64,000 bases of DNA, from positions 48,112,001-48,176,000 of the forward strand of contig NC_043005.1 in assembly GCF_006345805.1 (NCBI RefSeq). The letters run 5' to 3'. This document shows positions 26,759 through 39,976 of the stretch, piece by piece. Under the pieces are notes generated by a model. The model searched no databases. It was not told where the DNA came from and saw only the letters and a list, made by a program, of their open reading frames with translations. The stretch comes from Octopus sinensis. Taxonomy: Eukaryota. The first letter of the stretch is position 1, and each line of letters begins with the position of its first letter. Position numbers and translations under genes: made by a program.

Positions 26759-27111
26759 TAATCATCATTATCTCCATGTGGTAGCACAACCACCAAGAAA
26801 TAGTGAATTAATTACCCTCAGACTACAATTTCACATCTTTAAAAATAAAAAAAGAAGATATCCAGTGAAATGAAGTTCTGGAGATAGTGCCTGAGAGAAA
26901 GAGGCAGAATAGTCATGACTGGAAAGCTTCAATAATCTGTCTGCTTGAGAAAAATTGTCCTCAGGCTAAACGACAACAATAAAACAAATCAACATTTTAA
27001 TATTCTTACATTTGTATGTTGGCTTAAGTTGGAAAGGTTCACCAAAGACAAGATTTTATCTGTCTATCTTTCTATCTCTCTATCTGTCTACTTACCTATC
27101 TATCTATCTAA

Positions 27112-27145
<34 letters not shown>

Positions 27146-27204
27146 ATCTATCTATCTATCTATCTGTATGTATGTGTATATGTGTGTGTGTTTGTGTATG
27201 TATG

Positions 27205-27317
<113 letters not shown>

Positions 27318-27539
27318 TATATATGCATGTATATATTTATATATATCTGGAGAGAGAGAGGGTGAGGGATGGAAAGAGGAAGAGACAGGTTGGCATATAA
27401 CTAGAAAGATATAGATAGATGTGTATGTATATATATGTGTGTGTGTGTATATATATATATAAGTATAGTTTGTATGCATATGTGTATGTATGTGTATGTG
27501 TGTGTACCTACATGTATGTACAAATATACATGCATATAT

Positions 27540-27745
27540 ATCATCTTCGTTATTTAACATCTATTTTCCATGCTGGCTTGGACTGGACAGTTCAACAGGT
27601 ATTGTGCGAAGCTTTACTGTTGTTGTTGTTGTATGGTTTCTACAGCTGGATACCTTTCCCAACACCAACCACTTTACAGAGTGGCACTGGGGTCTTTTTA
27701 TGTGGCACCACCAACGGTGAGGTCACCAAGTAACTTGCAACACAA
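27540..27745 (-). mobile_element. RTE LINE 3' UTR fragment
   Basis: Reverse complement of the 3' UTR at 8050-8258. Confidence 0.65.
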
Positions 27746-28055
27746 GACCCCTAAATTCAGATGGGTAGTAGTATAGAAAGAGATGGTTTTGTGTGCCAGG
27801 TGATAAGAAGCTAGAGGGACAGAAGTTAAAGGGATAGAAATAAGGGTTTTGCAATATAGGAGACACATGGCTACCACCACGATTGGGGAAAGAGAGGGAG
27901 AGAGAGCAAGGGAGAGAGAGTGCAAGGGAGAGAGCGAGAGAGTGAGAGTATGAGAGAGATAAGATGGCATATATATATCTATATATATATATTCTTATAT
28001 TCTTTTATTTGTTTCAGTCATTTGACTGTGACCATGCTGGACCACCACCTTTAAA

Positions 28056-28111
<56 letters not shown>

Positions 28112-28290
28112 ATATGAAAGAGGTGAGGACTGAAATCCTTCAAAGGGATGTCAAACATCCAAGTCCACTGGTATATTCTAAGTAAAGAATCTATATAAAA
28201 ATATTTATTCAGCATTTCCAAAACCAATAAATGAAGTATAAGGAAAGGAAAAATTGTAGGTGTTTATATGTATATAAATATATGTATATG

Positions 28291-29173
28291 CAGGGTGCAA
28301 TGGGTAAACTGTTGCCAATTTATACTCTTAATTTTGCACATGCACATTGTTTGCTTTTGATTTTGTCAACTACACAGTATAGTAGGGTCAGCAGGACACC
28401 GTCTGTAAGAAAGACAGCACCATGATGCAATTCACTCTGCCAGAAATTTAGAAACAACATGCTGTACTGCTTAGCATTCGTGTCAGAAGCACCAGCACAA
28501 ATATTTCAGAGAGTTTGAGTGCCAATATGAGTATTTGCCATCTTCCCAAAACATGTACCGAGAATGATAAAAATCAAACATCCAGTCAACATCATGGTGT
28601 TTGGAGTCATCACTAGTGATGATGAAATTATGTCTCCATTCATCTTCCCACACAACATCGGACTCAACATAGAGGCCTACATCAAGAGCCTGGAAGTGGT
28701 AGTGCTGCCCTTGGTCAACAGGGTGGCTGCTGGAAGACCCTATGTCTGGCAACAGGACCCTGCACCATGCCACACAAGTAGGAGTACCCAGTCATGGCTG
28801 TCAGACAATTTCTGCAACTACATTACCCATAACATTTGACCACTTAACTCCCCAGGTTGCAACCCCCTTGATTATTATGTGTGCTGCATGTTTGAGCGAG
28901 AGACCAACAAAACTTGTAACACCAAAGATGAACTAATGGCAAAGATAATGGCAGCATTCACCAACTTAAATAAGGAGACTATCCAGAAGAATTGCAGGAG
29001 ATTCCAAAGTCGTCAGGAGCCCATTGTTGAAGCCAATGGGGATTTCATTGAATAAATTTACTCTTTAGTATTTCAAGATATTTTTATGTAATTTTGGTGA
29101 AAGTTAAAAATGGCATGTCAGTGTTATTTTCATTTTTGTGTAATTTAGATGACAGTTAATTCACCACAACCTG
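28291..29173 (+). mobile_element. Internally deleted DD37D (maT-family) mariner-like transposon
   Basis: HPVNIMVFGVITSD...YVWQQDPAPCHT...NSPGCNPLDYY...EANGDFIE*; 37 codons between D2 and D3; imperfect TIRs cagggtgcaatggg / ccacaacctg. Confidence 0.85.
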
Positions 29174-29181
29174 TATATATA

Positions 29182-30678
29182 CACAGACATGACAGAAGCA
29201 TATAGACACACTCATAATCATAAAAAGTTATTTAATCAGAAAATATACATTCAAATTATTTATTAATTATTATATTGTGAATACTTAATATTTAGTAGAC
29301 ATGCCCTTTGCATTTTTCAATGTAAGGACCCTATTAGACATGTTACTGATCAGATGAAAAATATTCTTTATCTTTATCTTCATCTTTATCTAGTTTCAGC
29401 TCACAAGCTGTGGCCATGCTGGGGCACCGCCATTTGGTGTTGTTACATGATTTTACTTCACGAATGCATTTTAGCAACTGCCATTTGGTGCATGAGAGAG
29501 TTCGATGCAGCTGCCCTCATCTGCACTTCCTGCCGTGAAGTTGGTTCATCTGGGACACCTGACAAGAAGAGATCCAGTTTTATTTTAAAGACATCTGCAT
29601 CCATCCCATGCAGGTCTCTTAGGTTCTTTGGGAGTATATTGAAGAGCTGTGGGTCTCGGAAGCCCAGGCTATCACAGTATCTCATCCTACACCTTGATGG
29701 CAAATTTGGAGTCCTTGGCACTATGCAGTGGCACCCAGTTCTGGCATTTGTGTAACTCTCGATGCCAAAGTTTGGGACAAGTCCTTCTAGGATCTTCCAG
29801 ATGTATATTATGGCATATCTTTCTCGCCTATGCTCTAAGGAATAGAGTCTTAATCTCTTGAGTCTTTCCCAGTAGCTTATATGCTGCACAGAGGCTATCT
29901 TCTTCGTGTAGCTTCGTTGTGGAATTTTTTACCAAGTTTCATGCAGTAATCTCAAAAGATCTGGTTTTGAAGATACTTTCTTGTCCTGTCCATTATGTCT
30001 CAGAGGTGTTCAATAAGGTTCATATCTGGTGACTGGCTTGGCCATGGAAGCTTTTTAATGCTATTTAACCAACAAATCTTGGATTATTTTAGCCATCTAA
30101 CAAGGAGGCCCCATCTTCTGTAAATAAAGAGACTTCTTTAATCATTTCAGCACTGGAGAAGATTGGAAGGAGTCCTTTCTGCTATATGGCCAATATTTAT
30201 CTGAGTTTATGTTTCTCTCACACTCCACCAGCTCTTATTGATCATTGCTCCAAATTGCTCAAAGATCATCACAGAATAGCTGCCGTGTTTCATTGTCAGC
30301 TACAATCTTTTTAACATTAAATTCTTGATTACAGAGTCTCCAGACCCACACTCGACCACTGTCAGGAAATACAGCAAATCTGGACTCTTCAGAGAATATG
30401 ACAGTGTCCCAAAATGCTATTGGCTTCTTCACCATCTCAGTCTTTTACAATCTTTTACCAATCTTTTTCACTGACTATATCCACCTTCAGAATGACTCAC
30501 AATATGGCCTCTTTGAAATACAGACAGTTCCAAGGCTTCTTTTGTACATGGTATGATTAAAAAGTCACATATAGAATCTGAAACTTAAAAATGTCAATTA
30601 ATAAAAAATCTAAACCTTTACAAGTTAGAATAAACAGAAAACGATGTTTTATAATGTGTCTATTTACTTCTGTCATGC

Positions 30679-30685
<7 letters not shown>
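29182..30685 (-). mobile_element. Decayed Tc1 transposon (DD34E after frame repair), both TIRs present, interrupted by a LINE
   Basis: WDTVIFSEESRFAVFPDSGRVWVWR ... WPSQSPDMNLIEHL ... LISNMSNRVLTLKNAKGMSTKY*; TIRs cacagacatgacagaagcatatagacac (29182) and gtgtctatttacttctgtcatg (30656). Confidence 0.8.
29362..29927 (-). mobile_element. CR1/L2-group LINE 3' fragment, 5'-truncated, with (GATAAA)n tail
   Basis: QRSYTKKI..SYWERLKRLRLYSLEHRRERYAIIYIWKILEGLVPN...FNILP...FKIKLDLFLSGVPDEP...ASNSLMHQ. Confidence 0.85.
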
Positions 30686-30722
<37 letters not shown>

Positions 30723-30761
30723 ATGTATGTACTTCTGTCATGTCTACATGTGTGTTTATAC

Positions 30762-30796
<35 letters not shown>

Positions 30797-30799
30797 TGT

Positions 30800-31229
30800 A
30801 TTTGAGAAAGTGAGTAGAAATGGATTTTCTGATGATTTTTCCACTTTAACAATTAGATGTTTATAGGTTATTAGGTGTTCACAAAAGGTGACTCTGATAG
30901 GAGTTTCTCACTTAAAAGTGGTTTTCAAACTGATATTTTAGAGTGTTATTCACTGCTTAAATAGAGACTGTTTAATTACAAACATACTCACATACAAACA
31001 CCAACACACACACGCACACACACACACACACACCACACACACACACACACACATACACATACATAGAGCAATGTACACACAAACTCTACATTATCAGTTT
31101 GAAAACTGCTTTTAAGCAAGTAAGTCCTATCAGTCACCTTTTGTAAATACCATATAACTTTTAAACATCTAATTATTAAAGTGGAAAAAATCATCAGAAA
31201 AGCTATTTCTTTTCATTTTCTCAAATATA
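30800..31229. mobile_element. Fold-back element, ~150-bp inverted arms around a (CA)n tract
   Basis: tttgagaaagtgagtagaaatggattttctgatgatttttccactttaac... versus ...ttaaagtggaaaaaatcatcagaaaagctatttctttcattttctcaaa. Confidence 0.7.
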
Positions 31230-31333
31230 TAATACTGTAACAAGGACTTTCTATTTCTTATTCTATTAGATATATGTACATGTGTGTGTGTGCGTATATA
31301 TAAATATGTGTGTGTGTGTGTGTGTGTGTATTT

Positions 31334-31560
31334 GATCTTTCTTGAGCCATGCCTGGCTCATAAGGACCGGTTTCCCTGGCGTATAGGTTCTCCACATGGA
31401 CGGGACGCTGGTATGTCGCAGGTGAGATGCAAGATGCAGGAGGAAAGAGTGAGAGAAAGTTGTGGTGAAGGAGTCAGCAGAAGTTCGCCAATACCTTCTG
31501 CAGGAACTGCATGGAGCTTAGGTGTTTTCGCTCATAAACACACATATCGCCCAGTCTGAG
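31334..31560 (-). mobile_element. SINE family C fragment
   Basis: Matches the 18212-18450 body. Confidence 0.75.
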
Positions 31561-34132
31561 ATTCTAGTAATATAGATACGCTACATCTCAGTCTACAACA
31601 ATTGTCTACTTGAGTGGGTCAGGATACCACAAAAATCAACTTAAAAAATTAATTAACAGATCCTATCAGGTGGTGCCTGGGCCAAGTTTTAGCTGAAATA
31701 TATCCAAGTTTTATATGTTTTTATATATTTAAGTTTTATATATCATATCAATGGACATAGGTTTAATTAGCTGCCTGAAAAAATTTCTTGAATTAGTTTT
31801 CTTTTTTCCATCTTCCCTACTGTGCTACAAATAATGGTTATCAGTTACATTAGTTTAAATTTAGCCATAATACACATTTGATAAAGACCCCTTATATGTA
31901 TAAGTTCCTAACTTCAATAGTTTGTTCTACAATGATTTTTTTGTTTTCTTTCTAAAAATAGTGATACAACTAACCTATCGATCTGTTCTGGCTATGCAAT
32001 TTTGTTAATAGACTGTTTGTTCTACAATATACAATCAAACTTTTGAATCAATTCATGTAATTTTAACGGAACTTTTCATAGAATCTATATAATTTTATAT
32101 AATTTTATATAATTTATCAAATAATTTATTATATAAATATTTTAAATAAATGTATTTTATACATTTCCTAGTATGCTTTTGCTATTGGCCACATTTAGTC
32201 TAGTATGGATAGGAATATCTTGAAATTTTAAATATTCATTTACTTAGGAAATAGCTGGAGAAAATCTTATGTTCTTATTAATGTTATTTGCTTGGCTCTA
32301 TCATTATTTATCTATCAATTTTTTCCCTAAGCATTATTAGAATTTGATGATAATATATAAAATTATGAGAATTTCATATTCAGCTAAAATTCTCTTTAAC
32401 TTTTGAATGAAATTTATTTGTATTCCTACACTAGTCTGCATTATTCCCTAAATACTTAAGAATATTTCTCTCTAAAGTAACATTTAGAACTTCAGAAAAA
32501 CAGGATCAGTGAAAAGATCAATTACAAAGCATCTTTTTACTTGGTGGGTATTCTCTTTGTATTTGATACAAACACAGTTTGGTTCCAGTGAGTCATGCAC
32601 CATTTTATGTTCATTGCTAGCAGCTGTAGACAAAAGAATTACAAGAGATATTTATCAGTGATCCCTTAGCCTTAACATTTAAAATCTATTAAAACAATAA
32701 TACTGAAGGTTCCTGATGACCACCACCACCTCCAAAACCCCCACCACCACCACCTCCAACACCACCACCACCAGTAACGATACACCTTCTAGCAGACATA
32801 GTATTGAAATTGGTAACATGTTGAGTAAGAACTTGGCACTTTTCTTATGGTCAACATTAATTCAACAACCCTTTTACAAAACATTTCAGGCTGTCAATAC
32901 AGAATAAAATCCGTCTTCAAACAAATGTCCAAATTGGTCAAGCCTTTGTTATTTTTCTCCTCCCAGCAAACTATCTTACTTGCAAAGCATTCCCCAAATC
33001 CTCCCGAGATCAAATACGCACTAAATCTTTGCTTTATTACTTTCATCCTAAATTAGAACAAATAAAAATAATTCTTTGCTTAATTCCCTATGTTACTACA
33101 AATGAAATAACAGCAATTCTTATCAGTTTTTTTTTTGTTTTTGTTTTTGTTTTTTTACAGAAAATGTTCAAGGAAATTGGCTAAATTGTTATAATATGAA
33201 ATGCTAATGTGTACGATAATACATAATGTAATTACCTTCATAAAATCTTCAACTGTTAGTTCTCTACATGTGTGTTGAGATGAAAGAAAGAGGCTCTGGG
33301 TTATTTCACCACAGAGATTTAATTTTTCTCATAGGCCTGGTTAGTAATCAACTAATATCGAAATACCAAAGAATTTCAATATCTCCTGTTAAGAGATGAA
33401 TTAAAAGATTACTACTTTTATTTATTCATAACTAACATCTTCATTTTCCTTTCATCTCTTCTTCCATGTTAGATTAAGTTAAAATTTCTCCATATTAGTT
33501 TCAGTTAAACTGTACTATTTAACCATTTATAGCAACAACAATTCAGGAATACTTCAAGACAGGACGTTGTTGTCATTGTGAAAATGTTGACATGCCAATA
33601 GTGACATGTCTCTTAATTCTCAGCCAAACTACTGACTTTACCAAGAGCACATATTTTCTTTGATTATTCTTAGATAAGTAAATATTTAAGATTTCAAGAC
33701 TTTCAGTTTCTTATAAAAATGAAACGGTTAGTAAACTAGAGAGCAGTCAAATACAGGACCCATTTTAAGTGGCTTCTCCTTCTCCTCTCACAATATATAT
33801 TTTTATTCCATTTGTAACAATCAGTATATTATGAAAGTATATCTGTTTCCTTTATATTTCATGAATATGCAGCAACAAACTACCAAGTCATAAGCCATAT
33901 TAAAAACAAAATAGGGGTGAGAGTCACGTATTCTTTCAGTGGCCATATTCATTTCAGAGTTCTGAGGGGAGTTCAAGATCTTAATGAACCATTACTTGTA
34001 CAAGACAATAAGGACTCTAAAAGGTTACCCTACTGGCTAAAATTATCAGCCAAATCATCATCATCATCATCACGACCACGACAACCACCACCACATCCTC
34101 ATCATCACCATATATATATGTATATATATTTG

Positions 34133-34169
<37 letters not shown>

Positions 34170-34179
34170 GTATATATAT

Positions 34180-34380
34180 ATAATTTACAAGATAAGGGCA
34201 GAAGGAAAATTCTAATGCCAGATACGCCGAAACAAAAATTTGTCGATAACCATTAAATTTATGCATCTCAAAACAAACCGGTTTGTTTCGAGACGCATAA
34301 ATTTAATGGTTATCGACAAATTTTTTGTTTCGGCGTATCTGGCATTAGAATTTTTCTTCTGCCCTTATCTTGTAAATTAT
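34180..34380. repeat. Near-perfect 201-bp palindrome without spacer
   Basis: 100- and 101-bp arms centred on aaccggtt (34279/34280); 3 substitutions and 1 indel. Confidence 0.95.
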
Positions 34381-34466
34381 GTATAAATTTTACCTTTAAA
34401 GGCATTTTTTGATATGCAGGCCATTGATAAAATTTCTTTCCTGAAAAAAATTTTATCCTATATCAG

Positions 34467-34546
<80 letters not shown>

Positions 34547-35314
34547 AATAGTAAGGGATTATCAATCTAGCAAAATACTTAATAAACTCTCTGTTGGCAT
34601 ACCAGGCTAACAGTATTGTTTAGATAAATGAAGGCCTCCAAGTATTCTTATGGTAGGGTCCAAGGTTATGATTCATTATAATCCTGTACTGTAAATCTGT
34701 GGGTGGGCTCCAGACAAACTGGTTTTACAGAATGATGTATAAGACAAAGTATAAATAATGTTAAATAATGTTCATTACATATTTTTCCTTTATTAGTACA
34801 AACAGGTTTATTGAATTTGTCTATTGATCAACTGAGAAAAATTGAACAACCTAAAAAAGTTAATGCTACTTTCTTCAGAGTCATTTCTGGTTATAACACG
34901 GGTTATATATCCAGGCAGGTACTGTTCAAGCACTCAATTAAAATCCAAGTTATGGCTAAGTACATTGAATAGTAAAGGGCACCTAGAATTATTTGTGGTA
35001 AGCAATTCTAATGTATTTCGTATGATGAGTAAATCCTGGGTTTACTTCATTTGGTTATAAATACGGCAATGCCTCAATATATGAGTTAATTTGTTTCCAG
35101 AGACTGCTCATAGAGAAAAATATCATAAAGTAGAGCAATAATTTCCGATAGCAGCAATGTTATAAATCATAATTCATTCCCAGAAAAATATTTCACTGAT
35201 AGAATTTATAATACTCATAAATAAATGGTAATAAAACAACAGTAGAATGTACAGAATATTTTATGTAAAGTAAAAGTAATATCGAGATCATTTATAATAA
35301 AAAATATTATTATT

Positions 35315-35621
35315 GTGATAGTCCCATGAAAGGGAAGAATGCTACTGCTATTTAGCCCTAGGAAACACCGTTTCCTGCTGGCCATGACACATTTTCTTTG
35401 TCCTTATGTTTTCAAAGGGAGAGATAAGCACCTCCACCCAGCAAAGCCAGCATCCAGAGACTAGTTTCAGAGTCATTGCTCATCATCAGTCTGGAGTAGC
35501 ACGGCTTGCTATCTCCCCCTTTGATAATATAAGGACACAGAAAATGTGTCATGGCCAACAGAAAAAGGTGTTTCCTAGAGCTAAATAGCAGTAGCATTCT
35601 TCCCTTTCATTGGACTGTCAC
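35315..35621. mobile_element. Fold-back element, ~115-bp TIRs, with a hammerhead motif in the spacer
   Basis: gtgatagtcccatgaaagggaagaatgctactgctatttagc... / ...gctaaatagcagtagcattcttccctttcattggactgtcac. Confidence 0.85.
35453..35495 (-). ncRNA. Minimal type-I hammerhead ribozyme motif (GUC site)
   Basis: uccaga CUGAUGA u gag caauga cuc u GAAA cuag UC ucugga: 6-bp stem I, full core, palindromic stem III ACUAGU. Confidence 0.65.
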
Positions 35622-35761
35622 ATTAAGTTGACAACATACCATCACTTTATCATGCTGCTACTGTATAAATCTCTCTGAGAGATTTAGAAATGTAATATTA
35701 ATATTGTTATCATTATTATTATAATCGTTTTCTGCATCACTTTCGTTTGCACTAGACTCAC

Positions 35762-35889
35762 TTATACCATCACTTGTAGATGTGATCACTGATTCACAAG
35801 CACTCATAGACGGACTTGTAGATTTCTTTTTAAAAAACAAGTCTAGAGTGGTTGGAACACTTCTGATCACAAAGTCTGCACTATCTGAC
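35762..35889 (-). CDS. Candidate exon, product unknown
   Basis: ttatttgtctaag| SDSADFVIRSVPTTLDLFFKKKSTSPSMSACESVITSTSDGI |gtgagt; frame stays open to a stop at 35658. Confidence 0.25.
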
Positions 35890-36616
35890 CTTAGACAAAT
35901 AAACAACAATGATAATAACTTTAGCAACAATGATTAAGCAATTAATTAAATAGATACATTCTTACATAAACAACGCAGATTAAACTCATTATGAACAGAA
36001 TAATTAACATTTAGAATATATTTCAGAGATATTTTCTCCAAAAACAAACCAATAGTAACTTAATAACATATTGGTTTCAAATGTTGGCACAAGGCCAGCA
36101 ATTTCGTAGAAGTGGGTAAGTCAATTACATTGATCTCAGTGTTCAAGTAGTACTTATTTTATCGAAAGGATGAAAGGCAAAGTTAATCTTGATGGAATTT
36201 AAACTCAGAACGTAAAGTGGGTTGAAATGCCACTGGCATTTTACACAGCATGCTAACAATTCTGTCAGCTCACTACCTTATCACTTAACAACATATTAAA
36301 TAGCCTTACAATGCAAAGTGTATTTTATGTTATATATGATACAAATTGTGAACAGACTGAAACAAACACCATATCTCCCTAAATTAAGTTGAATTGGTGG
36401 TCAAGCATAGTAAATAAAATTAAGCTACAAAAGTAGAAATGTTGAAGAGATTTAAAAATTATAATGAATTGATGTCCCTTGCAAAATATATAATCATAAT
36501 AAGTAGGCACCGATATGGCTGTGTGGTATGAAGCTTGCTTCCCAACCACATGGTTCCAGGTTCAGTCCCATTGTGTGGCACCTTGTGGGTGGATTTGGAA
36601 GGCAGAAACTAAAAGA

Positions 36617-36849
36617 AGGTGGCGAGCTGGCAGAAACGTTATCACACTGGGTGAAATGCTTGGTGGTATTTCATCTGCCGCTACATTCTGAGTTCAAATT
36701 CCGCTGAGATTGACTTTGCCTTTCATCCTTTCAGGGTCGATTAAACAAGTACCAGTTATGCACTGGGGTCGATCTAATCGACTTGATCCCTTTGTCTGTC
36801 CTTGTTTGTCCCCTCTATGTTTAGCCCCTTGTGGGCAATAAAGAAATAA
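36617..36849 (+). mobile_element. SINE family A copy nested in a SINE B (36505-36870)
   Basis: Flanked by imperfect direct repeat gaaactaaaaga / gaaactggaaga. Confidence 0.8.
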
Positions 36850-36886
36850 GAAACTGGAAGAGGCCCATTATATATATATATATTTT

Positions 36887-37295
36887 TAGGTGCAGGAGTG
36901 ACTGTGTGGTAAGTAGCCAGCTTACCAACCACATGGTTCTGGGTTCAGTCCCACTGCATGGCACCTTGGGCAAGTGTTTTCTACTATAGCCTTGGGCCGA
37001 CCAAAGCCTTGTGTGCGGATTTTGGTAGATGGAAACTGAAAGAAGCCCATCATATATATGTATATGTATATATATATGTGTGTATGTGTTTGTGTGTGTG
37101 TGCTTGTTCCCCCAACATCGCTTGATAACCGATGCTGGTGTTTACATCCCTGTAACTTAGTGGTTCAGCAAAAGAGACCGATAGTATAAGTACTAGGCTT
37201 ACAAAGAATTAGTCCTGGGGGCGATTTACTCGACTAAAGGCGGTGCTCCAGCATGGCTGCTGTCAGATGACTGAAACAAGTAAAAGAGTAAAAGA
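36887..37295 (+). mobile_element. SINE family B copy (full length)
   Basis: taggtgcaggagtgactgtgtggtaag ... gactgaaacaagtaaaagag. Confidence 0.85.
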
Positions 37296-37883
37296 GAGTA
37301 AAGAGAGTGTGTATCTGTGTTTGCTCCCCCACACCACAATCACTTCACAACCAATGCTGGTATGTTTATGTGCCCATAACTTAGTGGTTCAGTAAGAGAG
37401 ACCAATATGCTTACAAAGAATAAGCCCTGGGGTCAATTTCTTCAACTAAAACCCTTTAAGGTGGAACTCCAGCATGGCTGCAATCAAAATGAGTGAAACA
37501 AGTAAAATATATTGTAATAATTAAAGTGAGTTTAAAATGTATGAAAAAGCTAATTGTAGTAGTAACTAATTGTTGTAGTTTCTCTGCATAAAACAATGCA
37601 TTACATCATGTTTAATTATCCTAGTGTCTTGAGTATGCCTTTATGTTGCATCCATTAATCCTGGTTCAGGAGTTCTAATGTTTTGAGAAGCGTGGAACCA
37701 CTTCTTAACTTTTATAGTTCCCAAGTCTACGGATATGGAGTAGTAGCAGCCATTGGGATTCCAGCTATGGGTTAATTTGCATGTAACCACTTAAGCCAGA
37801 GTAAGTTGAAATCATGGGATGCGACATGGTAAATGGGAACTATTTCAGCAAATGAATTTTATTGAATGAATGGCAAACATCAC

Positions 37884-38019
37884 CAGATACTGAACAGATG
37901 AACAGATACTGAACAGATGAACAGATACTGAACAGATGAACAGATACAGAACAAATGAACAGATACTGAACAGATGAACAGATACTGAACAGAGGAACAG
38001 ATACTGAACAGATGAACAG
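37884..38019. repeat. 19-bp minisatellite, ~7 copies (cagatactgaacagatgaa)
   Basis: Directly visible. Confidence 0.9.
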
Positions 38020-39719
38020 GCAACAAATTGTTGTCAGAATCAACCAGTTCTGTTAGTGAAATACTGCTATCATCTCTAGACATGGTGGATACAGTTGAAA
38101 TATATCAATTAGCAAAAGACCAACGTAGCTGAAACCCAAACCAGATGTGAATGATGCATCACTTGGTCAGGACGTCTGGCATGGAGGAATTGCATTGATC
38201 TGAGAAAGTTGTCTAACCAGATGATTTACTAAGCATGATGACAGAAAAAAAGGTATTTTGTTACAAAATCGGGGATGGGCTGTTTACCAGACATTTGTCT
38301 TTTATTATATAGAATAGATCCATTCAAATTTTGTCATGTCTTACATAATTTTTCTTTATCTTTAAATTGTATATTTGCTTCAACTTTCATTCATCCTTAC
38401 CAAAATAAATGTCTTAAGATTATTCTTTCATCAATGTCAATATATTTCACTCTTAACATTTATTTACAATATTTCTCTGAGTTATTATCTTCATCAATAT
38501 AGTGCTTTATTCTCTTGCAATATTATACTATAGTCTAACACAGTAGGACATTTCCATCAGTTACTGTTTACTGGACACTTCAGCAATTTCGGCACCTTAT
38601 AATAGCTGTGCTCCCTCTTAAGTGGTGCCAAGTTACATTGATGTTAGCTAGCACTGTCTGAGTATCTAGATCCACAAGTGCAACATGCTTCTATCATACA
38701 CAAAAGCAACAAACAGAAAATTTCAAATACACATGAAACAGTATTTAGCTAAGAAGGGGATATAATGTAATAGCGTTTAATATTGTGAATCAGTAATTAA
38801 AAATATTCTCTTTTGATTAAGTATTAATCAAGTCTGTGAGTGGGAGGATTTATTGTCAACTAACATTCTCAAGTGTCTTACTGGTATTTGATAATTTTGA
38901 TGAAAGAGATGGATTGTTTGAGGTGGTGAAACATTTCTGTTACTTTAATATTACCTGTTAATTTAATTTCTTGCTTTTAGATTGGATTAGTATTAATAAT
39001 TTGATGAGATTAAAACTTGTTATTGAAAAGGAAATGAATGCTGTTATGGTTATGATAGCTTAAAAGTTTGGGAAATTTACACTTATGTCATTTAAAAAAA
39101 AAAAAGTTAATACAGGTGTAATTTAAACTTTGAACACTGTTCTCTCATATGGAATGTTGCAAAACCCTCTTAGCAATATACTTCATTATTTTCAATTTTT
39201 AGTTAATACAAGTCAAAGATGGGGTTAGAAATAGTAGCCAAACAACCCTCAAATCACATACCAGAACTTCATCAAAGAAAGAGAGTGAAGTCCTTGATAC
39301 ACCTTTTGTGAAAAAACAAAAGCTATGTAGTCACATCTGAAGTAATTGCAATCAAAGGTTTATTTAATCAAGATCAGTCTGAGGTGCAACAACAAATGAT
39401 CCAAAAGAAATAATAATTTTTCAACTATTTGAGACAAGTTTCCAGTCAGAAAATTTGTCACTTATGGCAAACTGTGATTTCATTCTCTTCATAAATAAAG
39501 TTTTATTATTTTGCATATCTAAATCTATCAAACTGGCAACAATTTCATATATTATGGTCGAATGTTAGCAATAGAAGAATCAAAAGAACCTCTTTATAAA
39601 AGTGGCACTGAAATCTTCTTCACATCACATGCTAGCACCTGTCTTTGAAAATAGGATAATAATTCACTGGAAAATGTAATCTTATAATGTAATCACACTT
39701 GGAATACTTTTTATCTTAC

Positions 39720-39976
39720 ATCTTCTTAACGAAGGCTGATTTAAATATACTTAGGTCCTTTGGTATTGTGAGATGCATAAGGCAACAAGCTTCCATCAGT
39801 GTAGTCAATCTGCTGCACTTGAAGCCACTTTTGTCCACTTGGTACTCATGCATTTGGAGTCCTTCTGGAATCTCCATTGCCACATGTTCTTGGGCTGACT
39901 CTTCATTTTCCTTATTTCACTGTTCCCAACATTTCAGTTTTCGCATGTCGAATTGCTAGCAGACACATAATACGAC
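39720..39976 (-). pseudogene. Exon-like coding segment with one frame disruption
   Basis: gatttctccttgcag| GRIMCLLAIRHAKTEMLGTV /shift/ NKENEESAQEHVAMEIPEGLQMHEYQ...SAFVKK |gtaaga; more GC-rich than flanks. Confidence 0.25.

Noticed and set aside
34879-34997. Plus-strand exon candidate (ESFLVITRVIYPGRYC...LELFV|gtaagc)
   Set aside because: Good splice sites but no partner exons or homology; such candidates arise by chance in AT-rich DNA.
37884-38019. 19-bp array as CRISPR or coding repeat
   Set aside because: No spacers; period is not a multiple of 3.
37600-38260. Slightly GC-richer, ORF-like decayed region
   Set aside because: Multiple stops and no recognisable motif.
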